64,000 nt of DNA from Patescibacteria group bacterium (GCA_028748975.1 JAQTPI010000001.1:64354-128353); one strand, 5' to 3'; positions 27,060-36,220 are shown, numbered from the stretch's first letter. Translations and numbers: made by a program. The notes: generated by a model from the sequence alone, not told the origin.

Positions 27060-28076
27060 ATGAAAAAGAATACACCAGCTATCCGCGTAGCCATTAATGG
27101 CTTTGGCCGAGTCGGCCGGGCGGCTTTTAAAATTATTCTGGACCGGCCGGATATGGAAGTAGTCGCCATTAATGATTTGACCGATAATCAAACCCTGGCG
27201 CATCTTTTGCGTTATGACAGTGTTTACGGCATTTATAATCGTAACGTCACGGCTGATGAAAAGAATATTTTTGTGGATGACCAGAAAATTCCCTGCCTGG
27301 CCATTAAGGAACCGAAAGAATTGCCCTGGAAAAAATATAATGTGGACGTGGTTTTGGAATGCACTGGCCGGTTTGTCAAAGACGGTGCCTCTAAAGCGCA
27401 TCTGGATGCTGGCGCCAAAAAAGTAATTCTTTCCGCGCCATCCAAAGGCAAGCCCGAAGCGCCGACTTATTTAATGGGTGTGAATCATTTAAAATATAAA
27501 GGTGAAAATATTATTTCCAATGCTTCTTGCACCACGAACTGCATCGCGCCAGTCACCAAAATTATTGATGAGATTTTTGGCATTAAACGCGCTTTTTTAA
27601 ACACCGTTCATTCTTATACCGCTGACCAAAATCTGGTTGACGGTCCGCATAAAGATTTGCGCCGCGCCCGTTCTGCCGCCGCCAATATCGTACCAACCAC
27701 CACCGGCGCCGCGATTTCCGTGACCAAAGTTCTGCCGCGCTTGCAAGATAAATTTGACGGCGTATCGCTCCGCGTGCCAACCATTTGCGGTTCCATTTCC
27801 GATTTAACATTTTTAGTCCGCCGCAAAGCCACCGTGAGAGAAATCAATAGCGCCCTAAGCAAAGCCAGCCGTTCCAAAGAATTAAAAGGAGTTTTGACAG
27901 TTTCTAATGAGCCCCTGGTTTCCACCGACATCATTGGCAACCCGGCCTCGGCCATTGTGGATTTGCCAAGCACCATGGTCATCGGCGGAGATTATGTAAA
28001 AATTTTGGCCTGGTATGATAATGAATGGGGCTATTCGGAAAGATTGGTGGATATGGTAAACGTTGTGATGAAATAA
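27060..28076 (+). CDS. gap: glyceraldehyde-3-phosphate dehydrogenase, type I
   Basis: INGFGRVGR NAD-binding motif and the active site SCTTNC. Confidence 0.95.
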   Translation: MKKNTPAIRVAINGFGRVGRAAFKIILDRPDMEVVAINDLTDNQTLAHLLRYDSVYGIYNRNVTADEKNIFVDDQKIPCLAIKEPKELPWKKYNVDVVLECTGRFVKDGASKAHLDAGAKKVILSAPSKGKPEAPTYLMGVNHLKYKGENIISNASCTTNCIAPVTKIIDEIFGIKRAFLNTVHSYTADQNLVDGPHKDLRRARSAAANIVPTTTGAAISVTKVLPRLQDKFDGVSLRVPTICGSISDLTFLVRRKATVREINSALSKASRSKELKGVLTVSNEPLVSTDIIGNPASAIVDLPSTMVIGGDYVKILAWYDNEWGYSERLVDMVNVVMK

Positions 28077-28108
28077 TGAAAAATGAAAAATAAATAATAT
28101 TTTTAATA

Positions 28109-28140
28109 TGGGCGGTTTTAAAACCCGCCCTTTTGATTTT
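28109..28140 (+). terminator. intrinsic terminator after gap
   Basis: gggcggttttaaaacccgccc followed by a T-run. Confidence 0.75.
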
Positions 28141-28154
28141 TTTAAAAATAGTAT

Positions 28155-28188
28155 ATCCACATCAATCACGATCGTGATTGATGTGGAT
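28155..28188. promoter_or_regulatory. 34-bp perfect palindrome (candidate operator)
   Basis: atccacatcaatcacgat|cgtgattgatgtggat. Shares its TCACGATCGTG core with the palindrome at 38251-38286. Confidence 0.4.
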
Positions 28189-28302
28189 GTTGGAGAAAAT
28201 AAAAAAGCCACCAGTGAGCGAGCGCTCTTGATTTTAATTTTTATTTACGCTAAGATAAAAGCGTTAGTTAAAACAAATAAAAAATCAAACAGGAGGTCAA
28301 AG

Positions 28303-28635
28303 ATGGAGGAAAAATTAAAGTCGTGCGGAATTCAAATATCGCTAATCCCAAAAAATAAACTAGCAAGAGATTATAGGTGCAGAACAGAAGGTTGTGAGAC
28401 TCAACTCTTTACTTTTAATGCCGCCGAATCTGAAGAAAAAAATGTATATCAAGATGTGGTTGGTTTTACATTTACAAAGGGAACTGATTTTTTAGGTTTT
28501 TTACCCAGCGAGGGGGTTTGGGTTTTAAGGTGTCCATATTGTAATAAATATTATTGGACGCACGCGTATGATGTAGAAATTGATATATTAAAAGAAATTC
28601 AACTGTGGGACAAGTCAACAAAGCATTTAAAATAA
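28303..28635 (+). CDS. hypothetical zinc-ribbon protein
   Basis: Start at the internal Met with a CAGGAGG site. Has a CxxC...CPYC arrangement. The ORF-track start at 28108 reads through the gap terminator and is rejected. Confidence 0.4.
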   Translation: MEEKLKSCGIQISLIPKNKLARDYRCRTEGCETQLFTFNAAESEEKNVYQDVVGFTFTKGTDFLGFLPSEGVWVLRCPYCNKYYWTHAYDVEIDILKEIQLWDKSTKHLK

Positions 28636-28667
28636 AACAATATTTTAGATGCTTTTTATTTTGTAAT

Positions 28668-28694
28668 TTAGCACTCTCTTGACGAGAGTGCTAA
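28668..28694 (+). promoter_or_regulatory. CIRCE operator (HrcA binding site)
   Basis: Perfect TTAGCACTC-N9-GAGTGCTAA immediately upstream of hrcA. Confidence 0.9.
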
Positions 28695-28786
28695 TAATAA
28701 TATATAATGAATATAGAAACCAAAAAACAGGCTATTTGAGCTTAAAAATGGCTAAATTAGCCCATAAATTTGTGTGGATAACCCCT

Positions 28787-29467
28787 ATGAACGACCGACA
28801 AAAGGAATTGCTAAAAATAATTGTGGAAGAATACATTAAGACCGCCGAGCCGGTAGGGTCAAAGTTATTGGTGGAAAAATATGGATTAAACTTTTCACCG
28901 GCGACAGTTCGAAATGACATGGCGGAATTGGAAGCGCAAAATTTAATCGCCCAGCCCCACACTTCAGCCGGCCGAGTACCGACTGAAGCTGGCTATCGCT
29001 GTTACATTAAAAATTACGTTGATTTAAAAAGCGAGTTGACGGAAAGCAAGAAAGATAAAATTTCCGCCAAAGGCGAAGTCGTTAAAGGTGAAAGCGATGA
29101 AAAAATAAAAACCCTAGCCAAAGTTTTGGCAGAAGAATCAGGACTCGCGACTTTTGTGGTTTTTGACGAGCACAATGTTTTCTATACCGGACTCACCAAT
29201 ATTTTTTCCCAGCCGGAATTTCGCGATTTGGATTTGATTTATGACATGTCGCGCGTGCTGGATCATTTGAGCGAAGTCATGGATGAAATTTATCCCGAGA
29301 TTGGCGAAGAGGTGGAAATTAAAATCGGTTTGGAAAATCATTTGGCCAAAGATTGCGCCGCGGTCATGGTTAGGTCGGGTGATATGATTTTGGGGATGGT
29401 CGGGCCGATGCGGATGAATTATAAGCAGAATATTGGTTTGATGAATTTTATTAAGAGTATAATTTAA
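28787..29467 (+). CDS. hrcA: heat-inducible transcription repressor HrcA
   Basis: The block [26 protein letters not shown]...[13 protein letters not shown]...[12 protein letters not shown] aligns to the HrcA N-terminus. A perfect CIRCE element lies at 28668-28694. Confidence 0.85.
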   Translation: MNDRQKELLKIIVEEYIKTAEPVGSKLLVEKYGLNFSPATVRNDMAELEAQNLIAQPHTSAGRVPTEAGYRCYIKNYVDLKSELTESKKDKISAKGEVVKGESDEKIKTLAKVLAEESGLATFVVFDEHNVFYTGLTNIFSQPEFRDLDLIYDMSRVLDHLSEVMDEIYPEIGEEVEIKIGLENHLAKDCAAVMVRSGDMILGMVGPMRMNYKQNIGLMNFIKSII

Positions 29468-29469
29468 GA

Positions 29470-29560
29470 GCTACGAATGTACGAATAAAACGAATTTACA
29501 AATAAATCACAAAATTATTCTGCGGCCATTCGTATATTCGTACGATTCGTAAATTTGTAG
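29470..29560. repeat. family R4 inverted array between hrcA and grpE
   Basis: gctacgaatgtacgaataaaacgaat...attcgtatattcgtacgattcgtaaatttgtag. Same terminal sequences as 3795-3884. Confidence 0.75.
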
Positions 29561-29567
29561 ATTTTTT

Positions 29568-30083
29568 ATGCATAAACACAAAGAACAACAAAATGAAAAT
29601 CAGGCGGAGCCAAAAGATAAGTGTCCGCAATGTGATGAATACCTCAACGGCTGGAAGCGCGCTTTGGCTGATTATGAAAATTTGAAAAAACAGACGGCTA
29701 AAGAAAAAGAAGAGTTTGCCAAGTTCGCCAACACCAATTTAATCATCGGTTTGATTCCAGTTTATAACAACCTCAAAATTTCTTTTGGCCATCTACCAGC
29801 AGATTTAAAAAATAATAATTGGGTTAAAGGAATTGAACACATCAGAAAACAAATGTTGGATGTTTTGGAATTCAATGGCGTGGAAGAAATTGTGCCGAAA
29901 ATTGGCGAGAAGTTTAATCCGGAGCTGCACGAAGCGGTGAAGAGTGAAGAGCAAATAGTGAATAGTGAACAGATAACAGACGACAAACAACAAACAACAG
30001 ATCATAAAATAGTAAAAGTTTTGAGTGATGGTTACAAATTAAACGGCCGGGTGTTTATGCCGGCGAAAGTGGTTGTCGCTTAA
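29568..30083 (+). CDS. grpE: nucleotide exchange factor GrpE
   Basis: GrpE coiled-coil and C-terminal beta region, directly downstream of hrcA. Confidence 0.88.
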   Translation: MHKHKEQQNENQAEPKDKCPQCDEYLNGWKRALADYENLKKQTAKEKEEFAKFANTNLIIGLIPVYNNLKISFGHLPADLKNNNWVKGIEHIRKQMLDVLEFNGVEEIVPKIGEKFNPELHEAVKSEEQIVNSEQITDDKQQTTDHKIVKVLSDGYKLNGRVFMPAKVVVA

Positions 30084-30096
30084 ACCCAAAAAAATG

Positions 30097-30136
30097 TCAT
30101 TCCGAATCAGCCAGCAGGCGGAGAGGAATCTCGTTA
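30097..30136 (+). repeat. family R1 variant, 3' of the grpE stop
   Basis: gtcattccgaatcagccagcaggcggagaggaatctcgtt. Confidence 0.6.
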
Positions 30137-30195
30137 TCTCCCCCTTAAGAAGGGGGAGCGCGAGGGGGTCAACTCGCCGCTAGGCGCGTATAATT
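30137..30195. repeat. family R3 module
   Basis: atctcccccttaagaagggggagcgcgagggggtcaactcgccgctaggcgcgtataatt. Confidence 0.65.
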
Positions 30196-30197
30196 AA

Positions 30198-30242
30198 CGA
30201 GATCCCTCGTCGTCCCGAAGCGCCGGGACTCCTCGGGATGAC
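30198..30242 (-). repeat. family R1 element
   Basis: cgagatccctcgtcgtcccgaagcgccgggactcctcgggatgac. Confidence 0.7.
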
Positions 30243-30257
30243 AATCACCTATGAATT

Positions 30258-30548
30258 ATGGACACTCTAACTTCCCACACCCTCCATCTCATAAAAAATT
30301 GTCCTGTTTGCAAGGCCAAGTTTGGCGAGGGGCAAATTAGCGTCGTGGAAAAAGATGAGGAAGGCAAAGCCACGGTTTTGTTAAGTTGTCAGAATTGTCA
30401 AAGCGCGCTTTTGGCGCGGGTGGTGGAAATGCCGTTTGGAATTTTAGGCACGGCCTCTTTGACTGACATTCAGGCGAGTGAAGTTAAAAAATTCGCGGCC
30501 GGTGGCAAAGTGACGTTTGATGATGTGCTGGATTTGTATGGAAAATAA
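30258..30548 (+). CDS. hypothetical zinc-ribbon protein
   Basis: CPVC...CQNC arrangement. Lies between grpE and dnaK. Confidence 0.4.
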   Translation: MDTLTSHTLHLIKNCPVCKAKFGEGQISVVEKDEEGKATVLLSCQNCQSALLARVVEMPFGILGTASLTDIQASEVKKFAAGGKVTFDDVLDLYGK

Positions 30549-30559
30549 TTTTTTTGGTT

Positions 30560-30596
30560 GTCATCCTGAGCGAAGCGAAGGATCCTGTGGCCGAAG
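30560..30596 (+). repeat. family R1 element
   Basis: gtcatcctgagcgaagcgaaggatcctgtggccgaag, followed by the taataaagatataaggatataaa module. Confidence 0.65.
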
Positions 30597-30696
30597 AGAA
30601 AAAGTAATAAAGATATAAGGATATAAAGAAATAAAAGGAAAAGGTTCTTTAAAAACAAAAAAACCACCGAGGTGTGATTCGGTGGCGAGATGAAAA

Positions 30697-30870
30697 TCAT
30701 TTTATAAAAACGATTTCCAGTTTTTTTGTTTGTCTACAATTCTGACAAGTTGGAACTGGTTTCCCTGTCTTGGAGTTCATAGTCATATTGAAATACGGAT
30801 TGCTTTCGGTAAATTTTTCGCTGCATTGTCCGCAGTGGGTTGGTCTTTTTTCTTCTCCAACTGGAATCAT
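30697..30870 (-). CDS. hypothetical small zinc-ribbon protein (downstream gene of an overlapping pair)
   Basis: 57-aa ORF not in the ORF track (too short). Has CGQC...CQNC. Its ATG overlaps the stop of the upstream gene (ATGA), with an AAGGAGG site inside the upstream gene. Confidence 0.4.
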   Translation of the reverse strand: MIPVGEEKRPTHCGQCSEKFTESNPYFNMTMNSKTGKPVPTCQNCRQTKKLEIVFIK

Positions 30871-31067
30871 GGTTTCCTCCTTAATTCCCCGATGATTTGG
30901 GCGTTGAGTCTGGTGCAGATTCGATCAGCCTTTTCAAAAGGAAGATTTCTATATTTCTCAACAATTTTCCACCTTTTTCTCACAACACCTCCTTCTTTTT
31001 TAACCTGATAGAGCTCTGTCTCTCCGCCGAAATGCATCATATAATACCGGTGAATGCAGAATAGCAT
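30867..31067 (-). CDS. hypothetical small protein (upstream gene of an overlapping pair)
   Basis: 66-aa ORF with a TAAGGAGG site. Translationally coupled to the 30697-30870 ORF. Confidence 0.4.
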   Translation of the reverse strand: MLFCIHRYYMMHFGGETELYQVKKEGGVVRKRWKIVEKYRNLPFEKADRICTRLNAQIIGELRRKP

Positions 31068-31149
31068 AGCACTTCCTCCTTAATGTTTGATTGTTTAGGT
31101 TCTGTGGTCTAATTACATCTTAGACCCCGGAAGTTAAAAAGTCAAATTT

Positions 31150-31250
31150 AGAAAAGTAACAAGGTAACAGAGTAACAGGGTAACAAAGGAGACCAGAACC
31201 TTTATTACTTTGTTACTTTATTACTCTGTTACCAAAAATTATAATTAATT
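31150..31250. repeat. inverted phased array of GTAACA / TGTTAC units upstream of dnaK (R7)
   Basis: agtaacaaggtaacagagtaacagggtaacaaagg...cctttattactttgttactttattactctgttacc. Confidence 0.65.
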
Positions 31251-31308
31251 TTCTCTTTGGGCTTAAAGGCAGAAACCTTCCCTAAAGGGAGTAAGAATAG
31301 AAAAATAT

Positions 31309-33198
31309 ATGCCAAAAATTATCGGAATCGATCTTGGTACAACCAATTCCTGCGTTGCCATCATGGAAGGTGGCGCGCCAAAAATTTTGGAAAACAAAGA
31401 AGGCAACCGCACCACGCCCTCCATTGTCGCCATGAGCAAATCCGGCGAACGATTGGTCGGTCTTTTGGCCAAGCGCCAAGCCGTCACCAACCCCACCAAT
31501 ACTTTGTTTTCCATCAAGCGCTTAATCGGCCGCCATTTTGACGATGCCGAAGTTCAGCGCGACATCAAGACCATGCCGTTTAAAATCAAGCAGGCCGGCG
31601 CCGGCGTGAAAGTGGAAATGAGCGGTAAAGATTACACTCCGCAGGAAATTTCCGCCATGGTTTTGCAAAAAATCAAAGCTGATGTGGAGGAAAAACTTGG
31701 TGAAAAGATTGAAGAAGCGGTCATCACTGTGCCGGCATATTTTGATGATTCGCAAAGACAAGCGACCAAAGAAGCTGGAGAAATCGCTGGGCTAAAAGTG
31801 CGCCGAATTATTAATGAACCGACCGCGGCTGCTTTGGCTTATGGTTTTGATAAAAAGAAAGGCCAGCAAATTGCCGTCTACGATTTGGGCGGCGGAACTT
31901 TTGATATTTCCATTTTGGATATTTCGGCCGATACGGTGGAAGTAAAATCCACCAATGGCGACACGCATCTTGGCGGCGACGATTTTGACCAAAAAATTAT
32001 GAACTGGATTTTGGATGAATTCAAAAAACAGGAAGGCATTGATTTAAGCAAAGACCCGATGGCTCTCCAGCGCGTCAAAGAAGCGGCGGAAAAAGCTAAA
32101 ATTGAACTTTCCACCGCGCAGGAAACGGAAATTAATCAGCCCTTTATCACTTCCGGCGCCGAAGGCCCCAAACATTTGCTTTTGAAAATGAGCCGCGCCA
32201 AATTGGAAGAATTGGTGGGTGAATTTGTAGAAAAAACTTTGGAGCCAGTCAAAAAAGCCTTGTCTGATGCTGGTATGAAAACTGGCGATATTGAAGAAGT
32301 AATTATGGTAGGTGGCATGACCCGAATGCCACTTGTCCAACAAACAGTAGAAAAGTTTTTTGGTAAAAAAGTAAATATGTCGGTTAATCCGGATGAAGTG
32401 GTGGCGGCCGGCGCCGCGGTGCAAGCCGGCGTGCTGCAGGGCGATGTCAAAGATGTTTTGCTTTTGGATGTGACACCCTTAACACTTGGTATTGAAACAC
32501 TGGGTAGCGTGGCCACTCCTTTGATTGAAAGAAACACCACCATCCCGACTTCCAAGTCGCAGGTGTTTTCCACCGCGGCGGACAATCAGCCGAGCGTGGA
32601 AATTCATATCGTTCAAGGCGAACGCTCCATGGCGCATGACAATAAAACTTTGGGCCGGTTTATTTTGGATGGCATCATGCCTTCTCCGCGCGGCATTCCG
32701 CAAATTGAAGTCACTTTTGACATTGATGCTAATGGCATTTTAAACGTCAAAGCCAAAGACAAAGGCACTGGCAAAGAACAGCACATCACCATTACCGCCT
32801 CCACCGGTTTAAACAAAGATGAAATTGAAAAGATGAAAAAAGACGCCGAAGCGCACGCGGAAGAAGACAAAAAAAAGAAAGAGGGGATTGAAATTAAAAA
32901 TCTGGCCGAGACTTTGATTTATTCCACGGAGAAAGCCATGAAAGACGCTGGCGATAAAATTGGCGCTGACATCAAAAAGCCGGTGCAAGAAAAAATTGAG
33001 GCCTTGAAGAAAATTAAAGATGGGGAAGATTTTGAAGCAATTAAAAAAGCCACAGAAGAACTGGCCGGGGCCGCGCAGAAAATTGGGGAAGCGATTTATA
33101 AAACTCAGCAAGCAACTAACAACAAGCAACAGACAACGGAAGAAAAACCGGCTGAAGAAAAAAAGCCGGAAGAGGCGGAGTTTACGGAGAAGAAGTAA
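31309..33198 (+). CDS. dnaK: chaperone DnaK (Hsp70)
   Basis: [18 protein letters not shown] and the rest of the Hsp70 signatures. Confidence 0.95.
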   Translation: MPKIIGIDLGTTNSCVAIMEGGAPKILENKEGNRTTPSIVAMSKSGERLVGLLAKRQAVTNPTNTLFSIKRLIGRHFDDAEVQRDIKTMPFKIKQAGAGVKVEMSGKDYTPQEISAMVLQKIKADVEEKLGEKIEEAVITVPAYFDDSQRQATKEAGEIAGLKVRRIINEPTAAALAYGFDKKKGQQIAVYDLGGGTFDISILDISADTVEVKSTNGDTHLGGDDFDQKIMNWILDEFKKQEGIDLSKDPMALQRVKEAAEKAKIELSTAQETEINQPFITSGAEGPKHLLLKMSRAKLEELVGEFVEKTLEPVKKALSDAGMKTGDIEEVIMVGGMTRMPLVQQTVEKFFGKKVNMSVNPDEVVAAGAAVQAGVLQGDVKDVLLLDVTPLTLGIETLGSVATPLIERNTTIPTSKSQVFSTAADNQPSVEIHIVQGERSMAHDNKTLGRFILDGIMPSPRGIPQIEVTFDIDANGILNVKAKDKGTGKEQHITITASTGLNKDEIEKMKKDAEAHAEEDKKKKEGIEIKNLAETLIYSTEKAMKDAGDKIGADIKKPVQEKIEALKKIKDGEDFEAIKKATEELAGAAQKIGEAIYKTQQATNNKQQTTEEKPAEEKKPEEAEFTEKK

Positions 33199-33207
33199 CA
33201 CCGCAGT

Positions 33208-33249
33208 GTCATCCTGAGTCCCGAGCACTCGGGGCGAAGGATCTCGTTG
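33208..33249 (+). repeat. family R1 element, 10 nt after the dnaK stop
   Basis: gtcatcctgagtcccgagcactcggggcgaaggatctcgttg. Confidence 0.75.
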
Positions 33250-33348
33250 TAGAATTATGAATTAAGAATTAAGGACGGCGGGCCGACATTCGTCGGCCCG
33301 CCGCAGCTCACGTTTGTCATTCCGGGCTTGACCTGGAATCCAGAAAAA

Positions 33349-33696
33349 ATGAACAAATTTAAATTATTGGCGGATGTTTGTGTAGTGTTCCATTTTTTAT
33401 GGATTGTTTTGATTTTGCTAAGCTTACCGTTAATGTTTGTTTTTGATTTTTTTAAATACATAGCGATACTTCTTATATTTGGCAATATTTTGGCTTGGAT
33501 TGTTTGGAAGGTTTGCCCTTTATTTATTTGGGAGAAAAAATTAAGAGCTAAATATGATAAATCAAAAGTTTATGATGAGGCATTTATCACGCATTATGCT
33601 AAAAAATATTTAGGTATTTATATTTCCACAACAGTAATAAGAATTTTTCTCTATAGCTACGGATTATTAGTTTTAATTATTGCTTTAAATAAATAA
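33349..33696 (+). CDS. hypothetical membrane protein
   Basis: Three or four transmembrane segments. The start is taken at the internal Met downstream of a repeat element. Confidence 0.4.
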   Translation: MNKFKLLADVCVVFHFLWIVLILLSLPLMFVFDFFKYIAILLIFGNILAWIVWKVCPLFIWEKKLRAKYDKSKVYDEAFITHYAKKYLGIYISTTVIRIFLYSYGLLVLIIALNK

Positions 33697-33702
33697 AAAA
33701 GC

Positions 33703-33735
33703 CGTCGGTAGCGACGGCTGTGGGTGCTGCGATGA
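33703..33735 (-). terminator. intrinsic terminator for the 33741 gene
   Basis: agccgtcg-gtag-cgacggct followed by a T-run on the minus strand. Confidence 0.6.
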
Positions 33736-33740
33736 ACTAT

Positions 33741-34307
33741 TTATTTCTTTTGACGCATTTTTTGGCAGACCATTTCCGCCAGCTGAAATGTTAATTCCAG
33801 TTTTTTGCGGTGCATTTCGCGCCGCCATTTAGGAAAGATTAATTGTTCAATGTGATATTTCCGATAAGCCGGCCAGTTTCCATGCGCGGTGGGCAAATCT
33901 TCTGGGTAAAGGAAAAAAGCCAAAAGGTAATCATGTTGTCGAAAACCAGGATAGAGAACAGTGTAATGCTCAGCCGCGCCCATTCCTCCGCCGCCGGCAC
34001 CGGGTTCCGAATTCCACGCGCCGTCAATCTCATAAAACTTTTCCCATTGTTTTTCCACCTTTTTCCGCCACTCTTCCCACGCTTCTTCTATTAGTCTTTG
34101 AAAATCATACTTTTCAATTTTCGCGATTTCATTCAAATCCGGCTGCCGACTGATATAATAGAGCACCAAATCCATTACATCGCTAAACTCAATATTTTTT
34201 AGAAAATGGTCGCCCGTATAAACCCTACCCTTGTTTTGCAGAGTCGCGTCCGTGCTCTTTTCAATCAGCTCTAAAACGATTTCTTTTGGTGTTTTGACTG
34301 TCATCAA
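33741..34307 (-). CDS. hypothetical protein
   Basis: 188-aa ORF with a GAGGGGGA site. A terminator hairpin follows at 33703-33735. Confidence 0.5.
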   Translation of the reverse strand: MMTVKTPKEIVLELIEKSTDATLQNKGRVYTGDHFLKNIEFSDVMDLVLYYISRQPDLNEIAKIEKYDFQRLIEEAWEEWRKKVEKQWEKFYEIDGAWNSEPGAGGGGMGAAEHYTVLYPGFRQHDYLLAFFLYPEDLPTAHGNWPAYRKYHIEQLIFPKWRREMHRKKLELTFQLAEMVCQKMRQKK

Positions 34308-34342
34308 ATCCCCCTCGTTTGTTGTTTTTCCTCTGATGTGAA

Positions 34343-34513
34343 TTAGATAATAAAAACAACCTCTGCGCCGACGAAATTCGCCGCTTCAACCAAAAAATTT
34401 TCATCATCCTTTTTTTGATTGAATTTTTCAGTGTTGATTGAAATTCCATTACTTCTGTTGGCCCTGTCCAGAATATTTTGAATGGTTTGGGGTTTGTTGA
34501 TTTGTTTGGCCAT
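34343..34513 (-). CDS. hypothetical small protein
   Basis: 56-aa ORF with a strong AAAGGAGG site. The overlapping ORF in the track (34261-34545) is in another frame and is disfavoured. Confidence 0.35.
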   Translation of the reverse strand: MAKQINKPQTIQNILDRANRSNGISINTEKFNQKKDDENFLVEAANFVGAEVVFII

Positions 34514-34694
34514 AAAAACCTCCTTTTGTTTGTTTTTCCTCCCAATATAAATTGTGCTTTTATCTTATCATTAATAATTAAATCCTGTCAAGCGGCAGAA
34601 AATAATATTTGTCATTCCGGCCCGAGAGCCGGAATCCAGAAATTGTTTCTCTGGATTCCCGCTTTCGCGGGAATGACAAAGAAAGAAAATTTTT

Positions 34695-34973
34695 ATGGAC
34701 AATCAAAATCAAATCCAAATTAAAGATCCTTTTGCTGGTGCCGAATATGCTAATGTGATGAACATTAATTCCAGTAAAGAAGAGTTTTTGTTGAACTTTT
34801 TTAATATTGCCGGTGCGAATGGCAGGGTAGTTGGTAAAATAATCGTCAGCCCCAGGCACTTAAAAAGAATGTCTGGCGTGTTAACTAAAGTATTAAAAGA
34901 TTATGAAGAAAAGTTTGGTAAACTTGAAGAAGCCAATGAACCAAATACGGAAATAGGTTTTAAAGCCGAATAA
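34695..34973 (+). CDS. hypothetical small protein
   Basis: 92-aa ORF between two repeat elements, upstream of dnaJ. Confidence 0.45.
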   Translation: MDNQNQIQIKDPFAGAEYANVMNINSSKEEFLLNFFNIAGANGRVVGKIIVSPRHLKRMSGVLTKVLKDYEEKFGKLEEANEPNTEIGFKAE

Positions 34974-34976
34974 AAC

Positions 34977-35022
34977 TGACGAGATCCCACCACCCCACAA
35001 ATGTGGGGTTCGGGATGACAAC
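34977..35022 (-). repeat. family R1 element
   Basis: ctgacgagatcccaccaccccacaaatgtggggttcgggatgacaa. Confidence 0.7.
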
Positions 35023-35025
35023 CAT

Positions 35026-36168
35026 ATGAGTAATAAAAATTATTACGACACTCTCGGCGTTTCCAAAACCGCCACATCAGACGAAATAAAGAAGGCCTTC
35101 AGAAAGCTTGCTCACGAACACCACCCCGACAAAAAAGGCGGCAACGAGGCCAAGTTTAAAGAAATTAACGAGGCCTATCAGGTTTTGGGCAATGAGGAAA
35201 AAAGAAAACAATACGACCAGTTTGGCCAAACTTTTAGTAATGGCGCTGGTGGATTTAATGCAGGCGGATTTAACGGCCAAGGATTTAATTGGCAGGATTT
35301 TGCGCGTCAAGCTGGCGGACAAGGAAATTTTGGCGGGCAAAATTTTGATTTTGATTTGGGCGATATTTTTGGCGATTTTTTTTCCGCCCGAGGCGGATCC
35401 GCCTTTGGCGGAGGTGGGAGACATAAACGTGGCCAACAAAGAAGCGGAGAAGACATTGAAGTCCAAATAAACATTGGTTTTCGTGAAGCGGTTTTTGGCG
35501 CGGAAAAAATTATTTCTTTAGAGCGCCAAGATGTTTGTGAAAAGTGTAATGGTAAAGGACACGAAGCTGGCGTGAAAATTATTACTTGTCCCGAGTGTAA
35601 AGGTGTGGGCCAAGTTCGCCAGGAACAGCGCACAATTTTTGGCGTGTTTGCTTCCGTGGGCGTCTGCCCAACTTGCGCGGGCGTTGGCAAAAAGCCGGAA
35701 AAGTTTTGTTCTAAATGTCATGGCGCTGGCCGAACCAAAAATAAAAAAGAAATTAAAATTGAAATTCCAGCCGGGATTGATGAAGGCCAAAGCATTAAAA
35801 TTTCCAACGCTGGCAACGCGGGCGAAAAGGGGAGCGCTGCCGGTGATTTATATATTTCTTTTCAAATTCGCCCTGATAAAATTTTCACGCGCGAAGGCGA
35901 GAATATTTTGACTAAAATTGAAATAAATATCGCGCAGGCGGCGCTTGGTGATAAAATAGAAGTGGAAACTCTGGACGGAATTGTCGAAATGAAAATTCCC
36001 GAGGGCACGCAATCAGGCAAAATTTTTATTTTGAAAGACAGAGGCGTGCCGATTTTAAACAGCCATGGCAGGGGGGACCAGTTAGTGGAAGTAGTGGTAA
36101 AAATTCCAACAAAATTATCGCGCAAAGAAAAGCAGTTGCTGGAAGAATTGAAAAATGAGTGGCGGTAG
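35026..36168 (+). CDS. dnaJ: chaperone DnaJ
   Basis: J-domain with HPD, a G/F-rich linker and four CxxCxGxG zinc-finger repeats. Confidence 0.9.
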   Translation: MSNKNYYDTLGVSKTATSDEIKKAFRKLAHEHHPDKKGGNEAKFKEINEAYQVLGNEEKRKQYDQFGQTFSNGAGGFNAGGFNGQGFNWQDFARQAGGQGNFGGQNFDFDLGDIFGDFFSARGGSAFGGGGRHKRGQQRSGEDIEVQINIGFREAVFGAEKIISLERQDVCEKCNGKGHEAGVKIITCPECKGVGQVRQEQRTIFGVFASVGVCPTCAGVGKKPEKFCSKCHGAGRTKNKKEIKIEIPAGIDEGQSIKISNAGNAGEKGSAAGDLYISFQIRPDKIFTREGENILTKIEINIAQAALGDKIEVETLDGIVEMKIPEGTQSGKIFILKDRGVPILNSHGRGDQLVEVVVKIPTKLSRKEKQLLEELKNEWR

Positions 36169-36174
36169 TTTGTA

Positions 36175-36220
36175 GTTTATCCCGAGCGACCTCGTAGGGA
36201 AGTATTGAGCCGAGGGATCT
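36175..36220 (+). repeat. family R2 element, 7 nt after the dnaJ stop
   Basis: gtttatcccgagcgacctcgtagggaagtattgagccgagggatct. Confidence 0.75.
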
